A stretch of 64,000 bases of DNA from Octopus bimaculoides (taxonomy: Eukaryota), in contig NC_068998.1 in assembly GCF_001194135.2 (NCBI RefSeq), positions 33,264,133 through 33,328,132 on the forward strand, in the 5' to 3' direction. The position numbers and the translations under genes were made by a program. Under the pieces are notes generated by a model, which did not search any database, had not been told where the DNA came from, and worked only from the letters and a program-made list of their open reading frames with translations. Within the stretch, counting starts at the first letter, position 1, and the number at the start of each line of letters is the position of its first letter. Below, in pieces: positions 1 through 11,329 of this stretch.

Positions 1-158
1 TTGAAATATAATCTTTATTCTGTACAATATAACATTTTGGCAAGGAAACTCAAAAAATTTTAGTGAAGTATAAAAGATATTTTGCATTTCTGAAAATAAA
101 CACACATAAAACTGAAACAAAACCATGCAAACTCACAATTGTTAAACAGACTTATAAA

Positions 159-391
159 CTTATTGTTATATTTCATGTGACATGTTTTATTTTGGCTAGA
201 CTCTCTCTCTCTTTCTCCCTCTCTGTCTTTCTCCCTCTCTGTCTTTCTCCCTCTCTGTCTTTCTCCCTCTCTATCTTTCTCCCTCTCTTTCTCCCTCTCT
301 ATCTTTTTCCCTCTCTCTCTCCCCTCTCTCTCACACACACTCATACACATCAATATACTGTCAAGTGCATCTATCTATATGTAGGTACAGC
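159..391 (+). repeat. Local dispersed repeat with internal CT/CA microsatellite; probable donor of the copy at 2157-2326
   Basis: CTTATTGTTATATTTCATGT...TTTTATTTTGGCTAGACTCTCTC...TGTCAAGTGCATCT.TCTATATGTA.GTACAGC occurs at both 159-391 and 2157-2326, with different CT-tract lengths. Confidence 0.9.
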
Positions 392-699
392 ACTTCTAAA
401 TGAATCTCCAGTGGGATAAAGTTGGTGGATAATCCTTATGTAAGCAATCACACTCTAGCATTATTTTGTGAGCTGTTGTATTCCAGCTGAGAATAATGAC
501 TTCTAGAAGAATTACTTTGGTTCAAAATCTCCGTACATTATTGCTATATCTAATAACTATGAAAGTGTTTACACTAAAAATGTTGCTGCAACAAATGGCA
601 TCGGAAATAAGATAACTAAAATTATTATTTGTCAAAATAGCCTCAGTAGCAATAATTTCATAGTTCTACTATATTGACTTGTAGCCATTGTTTTATATT

Positions 700-1040
700 T
701 TTAACTTATTATATCTTTATCTTTAGCCATGCTGGGGGTACTGCCTTTGGGGTTTAGTCAAAAGATTGATTTCAGTACTTATTTTTTTAATGTCTGGTAA
801 TCTTTCTTTCAGTCTCTTTTGCCAAACTACTACGTTATAGAGACATAAACAAATCAGCACTGGTTGTCAAGCAATTGGGAGAGAAGTATGCACACACAAA
901 GACACATATATATGTGATAGTCTTCCACACAGTTTCCATCTTTCAAATTCACTCTGAAGGCATTGATCAGACAGGAACTATAACAGAAGACACCTACCCA
1001 AATACCATGCAGTGGAACTGAACTCACAACCAATCTTCTT
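700..1040 (-). mobile_element. Composite tRNA-derived SINE (head, central microsatellite, tail), Octopus OK/OR-like, degraded
   Basis: Same layout as the copies at 12580-12998 and 2060-4488: tail (GCACTGGTTGTCAAGC), CA/TA tract, then head (AGAAGACAC...CCCAA...ATGCAGTGGAACTGAAC; reverse strand reads GTTCAGTTCC, B-box-like). Confidence 0.7.
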
Positions 1041-1489
1041 AATCAAAATATCCATGCTTACACCTGTAAATAATTTTGATAGATTATTTCTTTGTCCATA
1101 TAATTTTGATGATTTTTCTCAACATAATATTACACAAATCTGGACTACAAAGCCTGTCTAGTTAAAATTTATTGAAATGGCATCAGATTCACAAATATGG
1201 GAATACTTTGTAGGAAATTAAAGGGCTGACTTTAGAGATAATGATTTTGAATTATATACAATTTTATTTTATTTCTTTCTTGATAACTACAAATAGACCT
1301 CCTTTGATCATGTTCGTAGAATAATGCAATAAGCATATACACAGCAGATGGTTTGTGAGTACAACTTTAAAATATGGTACATGGAAATTAACAGCTCTTA
1401 ATTTACAACATCAGTCAACACAAAGTTACATAAATATATTTTTTAAATATATATATTTTTGTGTTTTACAAAATTTGCTGTTAAAGAAA

Positions 1490-1530
1490 ATGTGTGTGTG
1501 TAAGTGTGTGTGTATGTGTGTGTGTGTGTG

Positions 1531-1571
<41 letters not shown>

Positions 1572-1590
1572 CGCGTGTGTGCATGTATGT
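1490..1590. repeat. (GT)n microsatellite
   Basis: Direct reading. Confidence 0.95.
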
Positions 1591-2059
1591 ATAATCATGT
1601 TTGTGAAGTTAAAATGTTTACTAGCAGATAATAAGAAGCAGTAAAAAGAAAACTTTGGTATTTTCACACTGGTAGAATTTATTCTGGCAAGTTAAAGTAG
1701 AAGTGAAGTGCTAGTAAGAGTGAATAAAAGACTATTTACATATGGCTGCCAGTGACAGCTAAATGAAAGTTAGAAGCAGACAGCAATTTTCTTCTGTTTA
1801 AATAGCCAAAATATAGGCTCACAAACCATTAGTCTCTCATTGGCAAAATTTTTTAACTGACTAGAAATACATGATAACAGTAGAACTAATATGTCATTTG
1901 TATAAAGTCACAACTACACTACGAAATGCAGTCAGTAGAAATGACATTATAATATATAAGTGCAAAATATGTTTGCTATATTTCAGAAAACCATTATTAG
2001 CCTATAGCCTAGCTTGACTAAATCTACTACTAGAGCTTCTGTTTTTCAGAAATTCAATC

Positions 2060-2196
2060 ATCTTTATCTTTTGCTTGTTTCAGTCATTACAATGCTAGAA
2101 CATTACTTTTAAAGGTTTAGTTGAGCAAATCAACCCCAGTACGTTCTTCCTCAAGCCTTATTGTTATATTTCATGTAGCATATTTTATTTTGGCTA

Positions 2197-2261
<65 letters not shown>

Positions 2262-2416
2262 TCTCTAACACACACTCATACGCATCTCCACACTGTCAAG
2301 TGCATCTGTCTATATGTAAGTACAGCCTGGTCCTATTCTACCAGATTCTTTTATTCAAATTGCTAAGTTGCAGGGATATAAACAAATCAACACTGGTTAT
2401 CAAGTGGTAGTGGGGG
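2060..2416 (-). mobile_element. Tail half of a composite SINE, interrupted by the 2157-2326 insertion and cut by the RTE LINE
   Basis: TTGTTTCAGTCATT...TTTAGTTGAGCAAATCAACCCCAGTAC...AAGC|CTGGT...CTAAGTTGCAGGGATATAAACAAATCAACACTGGTTATCAAGTGG matches the tails at 700-870, 19270-19460 and 60290-60510. Confidence 0.75.
2157..2326 (+). repeat. Copy of 159-391 inserted into the SINE tail
   Basis: Matches 159-391. Both junctions read AGCCT. Confidence 0.85.
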
Positions 2417-4330
2417 ATGGGTCATAGCCCAACTAATAAGGGAGAGAGTCAGTTTAAATGAGATGCAATTTAGGTCTGTGCCACGGAAAAGCACTACTGA
2501 TGCGATATTTCTGGCAAGACAGCTGCTGGAGAAATACCTAGCCAAAGATAAACCTCAGTACCTGGCTTTTGTTGACATGGAGAAAGCCTTTGACAGGGTT
2601 CCCTGATCTCTCATCTGGTGATCAAGGTGAAAACTAGGGATAGATGAGTGATTAGTGAGAGCTGTACAAGCCATGTAAAGGGATGCTGTCAGTAAGGTGA
2701 GGGTTGGCAACGAGGACAGTGAAGAATTCTGGGTAGGGGTAGAGTCCACCAAGGATCAGTCCTCAGCCCGCTCTTATTCATCATAGTCCTCCAGGCAATA
2801 ATAGAGGAATTCAAGACGGGATGCTCCTGGGAGCTTCGCTATGCTGATGACCTTGCTCTAATAGCTGAGTCACTATCAGAACTAGAGGAGAAGTTTCAGG
2901 TGTGGAAACAAGGATTAGAATCGAAGGCCTTAGAGCCAATCTAGCAAAAACCAAGGTCTTATAAGTAAGAAGGCAGACAAACCACAAATCCCTTCAGGTA
3001 GATGGCCCTGCTTGATCTGTAGAAAAGGCGTAGGTAGAAACTCCATAAGATGTACCTGCTGTAAGCTATGGACAAATAAGAGGTCCAGCAATATCAACTG
3101 GGAAGATAGTTTTTGTGCGAGGCAAATTCTCAGGGGCAATAAACACTGAAAATGTGCAGAAAACAACTTCCGTCATATGTCAAGGGGAACAACTACAAGT
3201 AGTTGATAGCTTCCATTACCTAGGTGACCAGGTCAGTAGCAGGGATGGATGCTCTGAGAGAGTTGCTGCTAGAATAAGAATAGCCTGGGTAAAGTTCAGA
3301 GAGCTCCTATCTCTGCTGATGACACAGGGCCTCTTGCTCAGAGTAAAAGGTAGACTGTATGACGCATGTATGCAAACAGCCATGCTACATGGTAGTAAAA
3401 CATGGGCCATGACTGCTGAGGACATGTGTAAGCTTGCAATGAATGAAGTTAGTATGCTTCGCTGGATGTGTAATGTCAGTGTGCATACACGACAGAGTGT
3501 AAGCAGCCTGAGAGAAAAGTTGGACATAAGAAGCCTCAGATGTAGTGTGCAAGAGAGATGACTGCACTGGTATGGTCATGTGTTGTCTATGGATGAGGAC
3601 AGCTGTGTGAAGAAGTGTCACACCCTAGCAGTTGAGGGAACCTGTGGAAAAGGTAGACCCAGGAAGACCTCGGATGAGCTGGTAAAGCACGACCTTTGAA
3701 CGTTGGGTCTCATGGAGGTGATGAGAAGGGACTGAGACCTTTGGAGATATGCTATGCTTGAGAAAACCCGGCAAGCAAAGTGAAACCGTAACCATGGCCT
3801 ATGACAATGCAGAATAACCGGTCCATTTAAGAGTACCCTTCAATCATTGGGCAATAAAATGTGCTTGTGAAGACCTGTTGAGTCAAGTGAAGGTATAGTT
3901 GTGACCGATGGCAGTACCACTTGATTAGCACCCATGCTGGTGGCACATGAAAAGCACCATTTGTGTGTGGTTGATGCCAGTGCCACCTGACTGGTCTCAT
4001 GCTGGTGGAACATAAAAAGCACCATTGAAGCATGACATTGCTCTTGCCACCTGACTGGCTCCCGTGCCAGTGGCATGTAAAAAGTACCATTCAAGTGTGG
4101 TTGATGTCAGTACTGCCTGACTGGCCCTCATGTCAGTGGCACATAAAAAGCATCCACTACACACTCAGAGTGGCTGGCATTAGGAAGGGCAGCCAACTGT
4201 AGAAACTTTGCCAAATCAGATTGGAGCCTGGTGCAACCTTCTGGCTTGCCAGCCCTCAGTCAAACCATCCAACCCATGCCAGCATGGAAAGCAGACGTTA
4301 AATGACAACGACAATGATGATTATGATGAT
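2417..4330 (+). mobile_element. 5'-truncated RTE-clade LINE: RT, PHD-like finger, thumb, 3' UTR and (GAT)n tail; stops and frameshifts
   Basis: Translates to STTDAIFLARQLLEKYLAKDKP.YLAFVDMEKAFDRVP, a HQGSVLSPLLFIIVLQAI-like motif, ELRYADDLA and FHYLGDQV...RIRIAWVKFREL. Ends AACCCATGCCAGCATGGAAAGCAGACGTTAAATGA followed by GAT-like repeats, a typical RTE 3' end. Confidence 0.93.
3887..4152 (+). repeat. Four tandem 65-66-bp units in the RTE 3' UTR
   Basis: AAAG(C/T)A(C/T)CA anchors at 3951, 4016, 4081 and 4147. Shared (C/T)TGA(C/T)T(G/A)G and TG(C/T)(T/C)(G/A)GTGG motifs. Confidence 0.9.
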
Positions 4331-4488
4331 GGGCTTCTTTCAGTTTCTGTCTACCAAATCCACTCACAAGGCTTTGGTCAGTCTGTGGCTAGAGTAGAAG
4401 ACACTTGCCCAAGGTGCCATGCAGTGGGACTGAACCCAGAACTGTGTGGTTGAGAAGCAAACTACTCATCACACAGCCCTGCCTGCAC
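4325..4488 (-). mobile_element. Head half of the composite SINE split by the RTE insertion
   Basis: Reverse complement reads GTGCAGGCAGGGCTGTGTGATG (A-box-like)...GGGTTCAGTCCCACTGCATGGCACCTTGGGCAAGTGTCTTCTAC (B-box plus conserved core). Confidence 0.85.
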
Positions 4489-4674
4489 TTAAGATAATCC
4501 CTTTGCCTCCCACATGAGGAAATAAACCCCTGTCTCCCACATAACTGGTAGGGTTAGTATACTACTTTGAATAATTAGGAAATATATCTTGAATGTTACA
4601 ATGGGTATCTCAAAGTCAACAATGTAGATGACTTTAAACAGAGACCAAAGTATGGTCATAGATAGATAAGTGAT

Positions 4675-4870
4675 GAGCTGATAAGACAACTCTTCAGTGC
4701 TGAAGAACCAGACAAAATGTCTTATAAAGAACTATCAATAAAATTAACCTATCATTTTAAGAAGCACCTTTATATTAGGATTGTGTTATATGAATTTCAC
4801 CTATGTCTAATGAAAACTGGACAATCAAATGATGATATTAATTGCCCAATACTTGACTGATTTGGGATAT
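4675..4870 (+). mobile_element. Degraded Gypsy (Ty3) gag remnant
   Basis: ELIRQLFSAEEPDKMSYKELSIKLTYHFKKHLYIRIVLYEFHLCLMKTGQS resembles the Gypsy gag pattern P..K.Y.EL...L..HF......ER..F....Q..GES. Confidence 0.55.
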
Positions 4871-5129
4871 TTATGAAACCGTGAATTATAGCTTGATTGT
4901 CTTCATGACAAAATTCCTTGACTCAAGGATGTATCAAAATTTGTTGTTCAGTCTGAAGAAGCCAAACATTCATTTAGTGGTACAATGTTATTGACTTAAT
5001 GATATTTCTAAAATTTTGTCAAATAATATCAAAAGTATTTCGAAAATTATGCTTAATCAAAAATCAAATGAAAATAATACAAAATTAAGTAATCAAAGGA
5101 AAGGCTTCAAAGACTGTTATATTGATTAT

Positions 5130-5345
5130 ATAGAGATAACTAACTGGTGCTTCATCGCTTATGACAATGAGGGTTCTGGTTGATCTGATCAACGGAACAA
5201 TCTGCTTGTAAAATTAATGTGCATGTAGCTGAGCACTCCACAGACATGTGTACCACTAACTTTGTTCTCAGGGAGGTTCAGCCTGACAGGGATTGTGATA
5301 AGGCTGGCCCAGAGAAATACAGGTGCTACGATTTTTACCAGCTAA
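5130..5345. mobile_element. Unclassified short interspersed repeat (SINE-like)
   Basis: GAGCACTCCACAGACATGTGTACC...GTTCTCAGGGAGGTTCAGCCTGACA...AAGGCTGGCCC resembles a common octopod repeat as I remember it; no second copy in this window. Confidence 0.4.
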
Positions 5346-5414
5346 CATACAAGAATAAAAAAAGTTAATCCATACAGAAAAATTGATCAATGATTGGAGG
5401 TATGTAGGGTATCA

Positions 5415-5476
5415 AATAATAATAATAATAATAATAATAATTATAATAATAATGATAATGATAATAATAATAATAG
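5415..5476. repeat. (AAT)n microsatellite
   Basis: Direct reading. Confidence 0.95.
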
Positions 5477-5926
5477 TATTCTGCTCAGTGCCACAGATGT
5501 TCTTGTCAGTTGTTTGACCTTAACCAGTTGTTGAGCATGTCCCTTAATAGCTGATGATATGTGCATCTCTGATCATGAGCAGAAGTAGCAGAGAAAAATC
5601 ATAGCCATGTGTTGAAAAGAATTCTTTGGGGTTTGAATAATTCACCTTTGGAAACATGGGTGTTTTGTTCAACATCCTTAAACAACTCTTATTCAGGGAT
5701 CTTTTCAGTGGGATGGGCTACTCGACCTGAAGAAAATTCTGACTAGGCTCCACCTGCATGGTCATATGCTGTTTATCTTGATATGAGCTAACCATGTCAT
5801 GCACATATGGTTGTGATGCATGTGCCTGGTGTACCCTTATCAGACGGGTAGTCATGATGGGTATATTGGGCTTTGTATATTTGTACTCCAGTATCACTTT
5901 AATGGCATGCACTGCTCTCTCACCAA
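5477..5926. mobile_element. ~450-bp unclassified element bracketed on both sides by (AAT)n
   Basis: Block richer in GC than its surroundings, with (AAT)n at 5415-5476 and 5927-5939. No coding motif recognised. Confidence 0.5.
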
Positions 5927-5940
5927 TAATAATAATAATT

Positions 5941-6125
5941 CCTTCCACAATTGGCACAAGGCCTCCAATTTGGGTGTAAAGGGCTTACACCAACTCCAGT
6001 TATCAACTGGCACTCATTTCATTGGCTTCAAAATGATGAAAGTCAAAGTCAACTTCAGCAGATTTGGAACTCAGAATACAAAGACAGATGAAAGTCTACC
6101 AAGCATTTTGTCCACCATGCTAATG
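5941..6125 (-). mobile_element. tRNA-derived SINE, second family (core GACTTTG.CTTTCATC...GATAAAAT.AGT.CCAG; OR-like)
   Basis: Homologous to 53754-53973, 55141-55325, 56618-56823 and 36110-36290. Its 3' end abuts (AAT)n. Confidence 0.75.
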
Positions 6126-6149
6126 ACCAAAAATAATGTTGAGGTAAAA

Positions 6150-6680
6150 AAAATCACATTGACAAAAAATGCCTGCATTTAGATATTTCAATCCTAGCAG
6201 ACTGCAACTCTTCTGTAAAACTACTTGGCAAGTTAAGTAAATACAAAATCCTTGAAATAGAGGCCTCAGGAATGTGGCTTCTAAGTACAAATGTGTATGT
6301 GATCATCAGAGCTTTGAGGACAATATCAATTGGCACTCTTAAGCACTATGATCAAATACCAGGAAACACCAAAGTATCAGAACAACAAAAAAATTGATTA
6401 CATGGATACTGCTTACATCTTAAGGCAAACACTGTCGATCTGAAAATACCTGATTCCCTTAAAGCTCTTTCAAAATCGGAATTTTAAACAGATTTAACAG
6501 AAGCTTAGTTCTCAGAATCTGGTCTTCTCTCCCCTACAGTGTATCATTGCTAATCATAAATAACTCCCCTAGTAAGATGTTCTACTTGGTGTTGCTTGAA
6601 GTTTCTGGGAAACTTGGAAGAACTCGAATATAACAGACTAACAATAATGTAAACAGCATAATAATAATGATGATAATTTC
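6150..6680 (+). mobile_element. 3' fragment of an R4/Dong-like RLE LINE (endonuclease C-terminus and 3' UTR ending in AAT repeats)
   Basis: KCLHLDISILADCNSSVKLLGKLSKYKILEIEASGMWLLSTNVYVIIRALRTI...IPGN matches the RLE region pattern CLLID.SIP.D.N...K..EK..KY..LEIEI..MW....V.VI.GALG. Confidence 0.7.
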
Positions 6681-6856
6681 TAAAGAGTCTAGTTGATGCC
6701 ATCAACCTCAATACTTATCTAGAAGTTTATTTCTATCAACACTGAAATGATGAAAGACAAAGCTGTCCTCAGCCATATTTAAATTCAGAACATAATCAAA
6801 ATAAAAACTGTGGTGTATTTTGTTTGAAACCCTAATGGTTCTACAAACCACCACCC

Positions 6857-6857
<1 letters not shown>

Positions 6858-6913
<56 letters not shown>

Positions 6914-6978
6914 CAGCAGCAGCAGCAGCAGCAGCAGTCGTAGTAGTAGTGGCGGTAGCAGCAGCAGCAGTAGCAGCA
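6858..6978. repeat. Compound (TAG)n(CAG)n microsatellite
   Basis: Direct reading. Explains the poly-Leu ORF at 6785-6988. Confidence 0.95.
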
Positions 6979-7139
6979 AAAACAACAATAATTTGATAAA
7001 ATGCTATAAATTTAATTATAAAATTACTGTCATCAGGCTAATAAGCTTATTAGATGTATATGAGAATCAAGCGAATTAAATATTTGATAAAAGTTTGTAT
7101 GAAAATATCAGAAATAATATACTTCACTTCTGTTGATTA

Positions 7140-8030
7140 AATTTGAATTAGATACCATTGTGACTAAAATCTTGATTGATTTAAATACATATAAACTATT
7201 GAATCAATATCATTAGAACCTTTATTGGTAAATGAAATGGTTATTATAATAAGAATATACCAATTAAAGGAAAATGCTTATTAAATATTAAAATTGGAAA
7301 TAAACGGGCATGAAAGTTATAATCTATTGTTATCATTTGTGAAATTGGATCACATTTATTCAGAATGAACTGGTTAAAGCATTTAATATGTCACTGTCTA
7401 TTAACAATATTTCTGATATTAATTATATTGATAAATCAACTGACTTGAATAAAAATAGATCAATTTATGTGCTAAATATTCCAAAGTATTTTTGCTATGC
7501 TCTCTGGCTGTTGCACAGGAATACAGGTCACAGTTTGACTATATATAGGTGCAAAATTGATTTCTTAGAATACAGTCCATTACCATTTTCAAAAGCTGAA
7601 TTGGTAATGGAAGAATTGGAACTGGAAGTACTAGAAAGTATATTAGAATTGATCAATTATGGCGACTGGGTTGCACCAATTGTTGTTGTTTGGAAGCTGA
7701 ATGTCAAGTGTGTATCTGGGGCAATTTTATCATAACCATCGATAAACTAACTGAGAAAGATCACCATCAAATGCCCAAATTAAATGAAGTAACTCATAAG
7801 CTGTAGAGTGAAAAAGAATTTAATGTAATCTACTGTACTTTTAGCTTTTGCAGTACAAATTAATGGTCTTTGGAATTCTTGGATGCCTTCTGTATTTCAA
7901 AGCATTGTTGATCTGAAATGAAGCATTGCAAGGCATATTTAATCAGTAACATCATTATTGGAATGGTGAAGGAAGAATGTTTAAATAATTAGAAATGATA
8001 TTTAGCAATAATAGATAATATAAATATCTT
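7140..8030 (+). mobile_element. Degraded Gypsy protease-RT remnant (K02A2.6/Mag-like)
   Basis: FELDTIVTKILIDLNTYKLL (protease D-T motif), GSHLFRMNWLKHL, PLPFSKAELV...INYGDWVAPIVVVWK (RT start, YSEWAAPIV-like) and LQYKLMVFG...VFQSIVD across frameshifts. Confidence 0.65.
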
Positions 8031-8760
8031 TTAGATACAATATTTATATTACAGCTTAGAATATAAAGAAAAAGATGTTTCATAAATAAGTTGGTTATTT
8101 TGGCTATGCTATTGGCACACCTAACAAAATATTATATGAAAAAAAAAAAAAAAAAAGCAACTTCTTATTTCTCTATCCATTAAAGCCTCTGTAAAGAGTA
8201 AAGAGTATTAAAATTTATTTTAAAAGTCAAATATTAGTGTTCATTCATTAAAAGCATTTAAAACTTTAGTGCACAGTTATATATTTTAACAACAAGCTGC
8301 ATACATTTAAGTGGTTAGAAAGTTGTCAACAAAGTTTTGATTATTTAAATAACAAGTAACTGAGGCATCTGAATTGGTGCACTACAAGTAGAAGTGACTC
8401 TAGATTTTATTAAAACAATTTAGGGGCTATAATTGTCAGTTTTAGTTAAACTGCTATTATGTGATTTTTAAAATATATAAATGTGTAATATTAGATTTTT
8501 AACGTGTAAACTTGCAGGCAATTCGTCTTTCCACTAAAATTGAAAATAAATAGCTTCTTGCATATTCTAATTTAAACATTCAAGTAAAAAAAATATATAA
8601 AAGGTCATTTATTACTATTTTAGTTTTTAAATTCTAACTTCAGCAGCAATATCTTAAGTTTTTTCTTTTTGTCCTGTCTTTGCAAGGTTTATTACTTGTT
8701 CTGTACTTTTCCAGGCTCAATACTAATGAATATTCTAGGATTCTGCACCTGCATTTTAAA

Positions 8761-8807
<47 letters not shown>

Positions 8808-8963
8808 AAGCAAAATAGCCAGTTGTAAAATCTCAAGAAGAGATCAGAGTAGTAACTATACTAACAAGTAAAGACAATGCCCACTTCAAAGTGGCGGAAG
8901 ATCTGCCTGGGGTTAAACTATTATTAACATGGAACAGCCACTTTAATGTGGTGATTGGTTTTA

Positions 8964-9003
<40 letters not shown>

Positions 9004-9267
9004 TGCATATATGGGTACAGGACGTCACCAACTGTAACAACATGAAGTACGAAAATGTGTGACTTAATACGCAGACAATGAGAGAGAAAAATTGAAAAGA
9101 GAACAAGTAATGCAAAGAACGATTCTTCATTAGTTGTCGGCTGTCTATCTACTCCTCATTTTGAGCATTCAATGATAATATGAGTCTTTGAAGACAGTTG
9201 CTCCCATAACTTCCAAAAAAATTTTGGATTTTATGAAGGGTCAAATTTGGGAACAAAAACCAGGACA

Positions 9268-9954
9268 NNNNNNNNNNNNNNNNNNNNNNNNNNNNNNNNN
9301 NNNNNNNNNNNNNNNNNNNNNNNNNNNNNNNNNNNNNNNNNNNNNNNNNNNNNNNNNNNNNNNNNNNNNNNNNNNNNNNNNNNNNNNNNNNNNNNNNNNN
9401 NNNNNNNNNNNNNNNNNNNNNNNNNNNNNNNNNNNNNNNNNNNNNNNNNNNNNNNNNNNNNNNNNNNNNNNNNNNNNNNNNNNNNNNNNNNNNNNNNNNN
9501 NNNNNNNNNNNNNNNNNNNNNNNNNNNNNNNNNNNNNNNNNNNNNNNNNNNNNNNNNNNNNNNNNNNNNNNNNNNNNNNNNNNNNNNNNNNNNNNNNNNN
9601 NNNNNNNNNNNNNNNNNNNNNNNNNNNNNNNNNNNNNNNNNNNNNNNNNNNNNNNNNNNNNNNNNNNNNNNNNNNNNNNNNNNNNNNNNNNNNNNNNNNN
9701 NNNNNNNNNNNNNNNNNNNNNNNNNNNNNNNNNNNNNNNNNNNNNNNNNNNNNNNNNNNNNNNNNNNNNNNNNNNNNNNNNNNNNNNNNNNNNNNNNNNN
9801 NNNNNNNNNNNNNNNNNNNNNNNNNNNNNNNNNNNNNNNNNNNNNNNNNNNNNNNNNNNNNNNNNNNNNNNNNNNNNNNNNNNNNNNNNNNNNNNNNNNN
9901 NNNNNNNNNNNNNNNNNNNNNNNNNNNNNNNNNNNNNNNNNNNNNNNNNNNNNN
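9268..9954. other. Assembly gap (N run)
   Basis: Direct reading. Confidence 1.
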
Positions 9955-9999
9955 ATATATATATGTACATGTATGTATATACGTTCATCTACATGTACA

Positions 10000-10315
10000 T
10001 ATAGATACATAACTGGGTACATGACGTGGCAAAAGAACAAGGACAAAATGGTAAACAAGGTGCAACAAACAGGCAGGCCACATAGAAACATCCCCTTCAT
10101 CAGCTGCCACCATTAAAACTCTGGCGTTTCGAAGAATTAAGGCAGTACGCATCGTTAAAATGGTTCTTCCCACGAACACAAATTAAATTGTTTTCGTGGA
10201 GGGTAGTGGTGGACGGAAAACAAGACAGGAAAATGAAACGGTGAAATAAACAAACAAAAAGGCTGTACAGCCAGACGTGAAGTGTGTATGTCTTGAACGC
10301 TCTGAAGCACATTAT
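10000..10315. repeat. Unclassified interspersed repeat between TA/CA tracts, possibly Penelope-derived
   Basis: GC-richer block with CGTTTCG and CTTCATCAG motifs, which are typical of Penelope-type termini. No coding motif seen. Confidence 0.3.
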
Positions 10316-11329
10316 ATACACACATATATATGCATATGTATATTATTTATATTATTATTTAATTGAATGACACGTATCAATTTCAAAGAAAGTATATATA
10401 TATATATATATATATATGTGCACACTCATGAGTACAAACAGTTCCTATAACTCAATCTAAATACTAGTGAAGACATTTTTTGATATCTTTCATTGTTACT
10501 AATGTGCTTCAAGTTGTGTTAGTACTGAACAAAACTCTGAAGCAAATTAGATAGCTACCTTATTTAATATAGCAAGTTAACAAGAGACATTTTTAAATGG
10601 TTAAATTGAATGGAGTCTATTCAGCCAATAATATATTTAAAGGAATATGGTATTTCTCTCTCTCTTTCTTTCTTTGTTTGTTTCTTTCTCTTTATTTATA
10701 CACACCACACAAGTAGGAGTACACACACACACACAAACATGTGCACACAAAGAAACATAGAAATGTATATATATATATATGTATATATATATATGCATAT
10801 ACACACACAAAAACACACACACACGTATATATATATATATAAATACATAGTATATTATATGTATACCTGCATGCTTTATACTGTTTGTTTTAATTTGGTT
10901 ATAGTTTTGAGGTTTTGCACTTGGTCTATGCAAGCTGTGGGAGATTTTTCCATGTGCAATATAAGCAAACAATGTCTTGCTATTCTAGTAGCATGTTATG
11001 CATATAGAGTGTGAATCAAGAAAAAGTGTAATTTACAGAAACGCTGCTCCTTGAGATGATTGGCACCTCTAACTTGCAGTAACTTCTGTAAAGTGAAGTA
11101 GAAAAATATTTTCATCTTGCAAGTTTAACAATAAATAAATAGCATGAATGAAATTTATGGACATTATGACCAGGAATTGGTTGAAAGCAAATCATAAAAT
11201 TTTGCTGATGTAGTAGTATAAACCATAATGAATGGAAGAAATCTTTTGTTATCAAGGAAGCTTGTGTAGGACGAATTTATCACGGAATGGGTTCCATGAA
11301 GTATGCTTTCTATTTTAAAATTATTTGTA

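Noticed and set aside
3887-4152. CRISPR-like repeat-spacer appearance
   Set aside because: The variable parts are homologous to each other, the array sits in a LINE 3' UTR, and there are no cas genes. The context is eukaryotic.
10070-10150. Possible hammerhead ribozyme on the minus strand (CGAAACGCC...CTGATGAAGG)
   Set aside because: The core motifs are present, but I could not build stem I or a valid NUH cleavage site, and stem II is weak. It would need an Infernal search with the hammerhead models to rescue.
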